64,000 nt of DNA from an uncultured Chloroflexia bacterium (lineage in GTDB: Bacteria; Chloroflexota; Limnocylindria; QHBO01), in assembly GCA_963797855.1 (NCBI GenBank), contig CAWCQX010000003.1:10642-74641 (forward strand), in the 5' to 3' direction. A program made the translations under genes and the position numbers. Each line of letters starts with the position of its first letter. Position 1 is the stretch's first letter. The notes below the pieces were generated by a model, which was given only the letters and a program-made list of their open reading frames with translations, was not told where the DNA came from and made no database searches. Below are positions 60,890 to 64,000 of this stretch, one piece after another.

Positions 60890-62088
60890 ATGATCGACTT
60901 TTCGCTGACCGATGCGCAGCGGGAGGTGCAGCGCACCGCGCGCGCCTTCGCCGAGCGCGAGATCCTGCCGCGCATCCGCGAGCTCGACGAGACGGCGACC
61001 TACGACCGCACGCTCTACGAGAAGATGGGCTCGGAGGGCCTTCTCGGCCTACCCGGTCCCGGAGCGCTACGGCGGCGCCGGAATGGACTACATCGCCTTC
61101 GCCCTGCTGTGCGAGGAGATGGAGCGAGCGGACACCGCCTTCCGGGTCATCCTCAGCGTCCACACCGGCCTGAACTCGCTCACGCTCCTCCAATGGGGCA
61201 GTCGAGGAGCAGAAGGAGAAGTACCTCGTCCCGCAGGCGCGCGGCGAGAAGCTGGCGACCTTCGGCCTGACGGAGCCCGGCGTCGGCTCCGATGCGGCGA
61301 ACCTCGCCAGCACGGCGCGGCGGGACGGCGACCGCTACATCCTCAACGGGTCCAAGATCTGGATCAGCCTGGCCGACACGGCCGACCACGTTCTCGTCTT
61401 CGCCAGCGTCGACCGCAGCAAGGGCCACCGGGGGATCACGGCCTTCATCGTCGAGCGCTCGTTCCCCGGGTTCAGCAGCGAGTCGCTCCACGGCAAGCTC
61501 GGCGTTCGCGCGGGGAATACGGGGATCCTCACCTTCGACGACTGCGAGGTGCCCGCCGCGAACCGGGTCGGGGAGGAGGGCGAGGGCTTCGCGATCGCGA
61601 TGAGCGCGCTGGACCAGGGCCGCTACACCGTCGCGGCGGGATCGGTCGGGCTGGCACGGGCGTGCCTCGACGCATCGGTCCGCTACGCGCACGAGCGCAA
61701 GACGTTCGGCAGCGAGATCGGCGAGCACCAGCTCGTGAAGCAGATGCTGGCGAAGATGGAGCAGGGGATCGAGGCCGGGCGCCTGCTCGTCTGGAAGGCG
61801 GGCTGGAAGAAGAACCGCGGCGAGCGCAACACCCGCGAGACGTCGCTCGCGAAGTGGTTCACGACCGACCATGCGGTGCAGTCCGCCATGGACGCCATCC
61901 AGGTCCACGGCGCCTACGGCTACTCGAACGAGTACCCGGTCGAGCGCTACCTGCGCAACAGCAAGGGATCGGTCATCTACGAGGGGACGTCGCAGATCCA
62001 CACGATCATGCAGGCCGATTACCTGCTCGGCTACCGCAAGGACAAGCCGTCGCGGATGCCGCAGCCGGCGTTCGAAGGGGAGATGTAG
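60890..62088 (+). pseudogene. Acyl-CoA dehydrogenase; frame broken at ~61052 and ~61203
   Basis: MIDFSLTDAQREVQRTARAFAEREILP / PVPERYGGAGMDYIAFALLCEEM...LLQWGS / [30 protein letters not shown]...[34 protein letters not shown]. Spread across ORFs 60731-61270, 60912-62120 and 61549-62088. Confidence 0.85.
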
Positions 62089-62097
62089 GTCGCCGCG

Positions 62098-62643
62098 TCA
62101 GGCCGGTGACTTGCGGCTGAGCCGATCGGCCAGGCCGCCGACGGTCAACGCCACGCCGAGCGCGAGGATGCCGATGGCGGCCACCACCCGGAAGGCCTCG
62201 CCGCCGAAGGCGGTGGCGAAGACGAGGTACGCGACGACGCCTCCGATGGCCAGGCCGGAGCCGATCCACTTGAAGGCCGGCGCATCGGCGATCCATCCGG
62301 CGGCGTACATCCCGAGGCCGAGGCTGAAGGGGAAGACGCTCCAGAGGTAGGCCCACGCGTTCCAGCGGTCCGTGAGGCTCGTGTAGAGCAGCGCACAACC
62401 GACGCCGGCGAGGAGCGCTCCGGGGATCACCATCCCCGCCCGCAGCCGCCGGTTCGGGCCCCCGACCAGGGCGGGCACGAGGAAGAACAGCGACAGGCCG
62501 ATGATGAGGACCGGCCACCATCGCAGCACGTCCTCGTCGATGCCGAGCCCACCGATGAAGTCGGCGAGGGGCTCGCTGGCGAGCAACAGGACGCCGACGA
62601 TGAGCAGCAGCAGCCCCGCCAGGAGCTCGATCGTGCGACTCAC
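62098..62643 (-). CDS. Hypothetical integral membrane protein (181 aa)
   Basis: Intact ORF with ~6 hydrophobic segments (LLAGLLLLIVGVLLLA, WWPVLIIGLSLFFLVPALV...). No family recognised. Confidence 0.55.
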   Translation of the reverse strand: MSRTIELLAGLLLLIVGVLLLASEPLADFIGGLGIDEDVLRWWPVLIIGLSLFFLVPALVGGPNRRLRAGMVIPGALLAGVGCALLYTSLTDRWNAWAYLWSVFPFSLGLGMYAAGWIADAPAFKWIGSGLAIGGVVAYLVFATAFGGEAFRVVAAIGILALGVALTVGGLADRLSRKSPA

Positions 62644-62666
62644 GAGGCCGAGTATACGGTGGCATC

Positions 62667-64000
62667 ATGCCGCGGATGCCCGCCCGGCCCGGCACGCGAA
62701 CGCTGCTCCACGCCCTCGGCCGGCGGCTGCCCCGGACGCGAGGGGCAATGGCGGTGGCGGGACTCGGCCACGAGGTCGTCGTCGATCGTGACCGATGGGG
62801 GATCCCGCACATCGAGGCCGGCGACGACGCCGACGCCTGGTTCGCGCTTGGCTTCTGCCACGGACAGGATCGCTCGTTCCAGCTCGAGCTGATCGCGCGC
62901 GCCGGCCGCGGCCGCCTGGCCGAGCTGCTCGGGCCGGGGGCGCTGCCGATCGACCGGCTCTCGCGGACGCTCGGGTTCCGCCGATTGGCGCTGGCCCAGG
63001 TGCGGACGCTCGACGCCGACGTCCTCGCCACGATCACCGCCTACGTCGCGGGCATCAACGCCGCGCGGACGAGCGCGCGACGGCCGCACGAGCTCGTGCT
63101 GCTCCGGGCGCAGCCCAGTGCCTGGACCGTCGAGGACGTGCTGGCATTCGACGGCCTCCAGTCGCTCGCGCTCGGCGGCAGCTGGGATAGCGACCTGGCG
63201 CGGCTCGCGATCCTCGACGCCGATGGCCCCGAGGCGCTGGCGGCCGTCGAGCCGCCATACGCCGCGTGGCAGCCGGCCGTGACGCCGACCGGCGGGCGGG
63301 CCGGCGAGCCGCTCGCTCGGCTCGCCGATGACCTGTCGCGGCTCCGCGACCTGGTCGGCGCGTCCGGCGGCTCGAATGCCTGGGCCGTCGCCGGACCACG
63401 GACCGCATCGGGCGCCCCGATCCTGGCCAACGACCCGCACCTCGGCCCGGCGATCCCGCCGCCGTGGTACCTCGCGCACCTGCGGACGCCGGGGTGGGAG
63501 ATCGCCGGCGCCTCGTTCGTCGGCGGGCCGGCGTTCCCGACCGGCTTCAACGGCCACGTGGCGTGGGGCATCACGGCCGGCTGCACGGACTCGTCCGACC
63601 TCTTCTGGGAGGAGCTCTCCGCCGACGGGCGGACCGCGCGCGGTCCCGATGGCCCGGAGCCGGTGGAGCGGATCGTCGAGTCGATCCCGGTGCGGGGCGC
63701 GACCGCGGTCGTCGAGGAGGTCCTCGTCACCCGGCGCGGCCCGATCGTGACCGCAGTCCTCGGGCAGCGGCCTCAGCCGGGCGCTCTCGATCAAGGCAAC
63801 GTGGCTCGAGCCACGGCCGGTGCGCGGCTTCCTTGGCGCGCAGCTGGCGCGCGACTTCGAGACGCTTCCGGGGCGCGTTCCGGTCGTGGCCGGGTCCGTC
63901 GCTGAATGTCGTCTACGCCGACGTCGAGGGCCACGTCGGCTGGCAGCTGGTCGGGACGCTGCCGCGGCGGCGGTCGGGGAGCGGGATGCTGCCGGTGCCG
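62667..64000 (+). pseudogene. Penicillin acylase (Ntn-hydrolase, S45) family protein, 3' truncated by window; frame broken at ~63775 and ~63869
   Basis: RDRWGIPHIEAG, FCHGQDRSFQLEL, and the nucleophile context GGSNAWAVAG. Later segments ALSIKATWLEPRPVRGF and WPGPSLNVVYADVEGHVGWQLVG lie in the other two frames. TATACG -10 sits 8 nt before the ATG. Confidence 0.8.

Overview
High-GC (~70%) densely coding bacterial chromosomal window; the codon usage and gene content look Actinomycetota- or Chloroflexota-like, but the taxon cannot be fixed from sequence alone. I can support about 55 protein genes and 2 tRNAs (Glu-CUC at 31027-31103, Arg-UCU at 43013-43089). I see no rRNA, no CRISPR array, and no transposase, integrase or IS element. 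Content from start to end: a polyamine-type ABC importer operon coupled to a class-III aminotransferase and a response regulator (1-5559); acyl-CoA dehydrogenase and acetoacetyl-CoA synthetase genes; a large FG-GAP-like anchored protein; an 8-gene minus-strand operon (12304-25565) joining a MoxR/DUF58/VWA (Bat-like) module to an ABC-2 exporter; a GAF histidine kinase, queG, DUF1015 and hydrolase genes; an M43 metallopeptidase; a zinc-ribbon/class-III cyclase/P-loop/TPR protein divergent from a cNMP-binding protein coupled to an NTT/MFS-like transporter with HEAT repeats (32217-38387); oxidoreductases; a small response-regulator operon; a 4-gene operon of fused TPP E1, FabD-like acyltransferase, HhH-GPD glycosylase and GT1 glycosyltransferase (43101-48474); a second polyamine-type ABC locus; and then DUF3352-like, cupin, GT2, rhomboid, dienelactone hydrolase, FTR1 permease, a second acyl-CoA dehydrogenase and penicillin acylase. 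The best candidates for an undescribed system are the cyclase/cNMP-binding/transporter module and the MoxR-VWA-ABC-2 operon, followed by the E1/FabD-like/glycosylase/GT operon, which has phased repeats upstream. Caveat: about 30 single-base reading-frame breaks interrupt roughly 19 otherwise well-conserved genes. They are unevenly distributed and could be assembly indels or genuine decay. All family calls come from motif recognition by eye; no searches were run.
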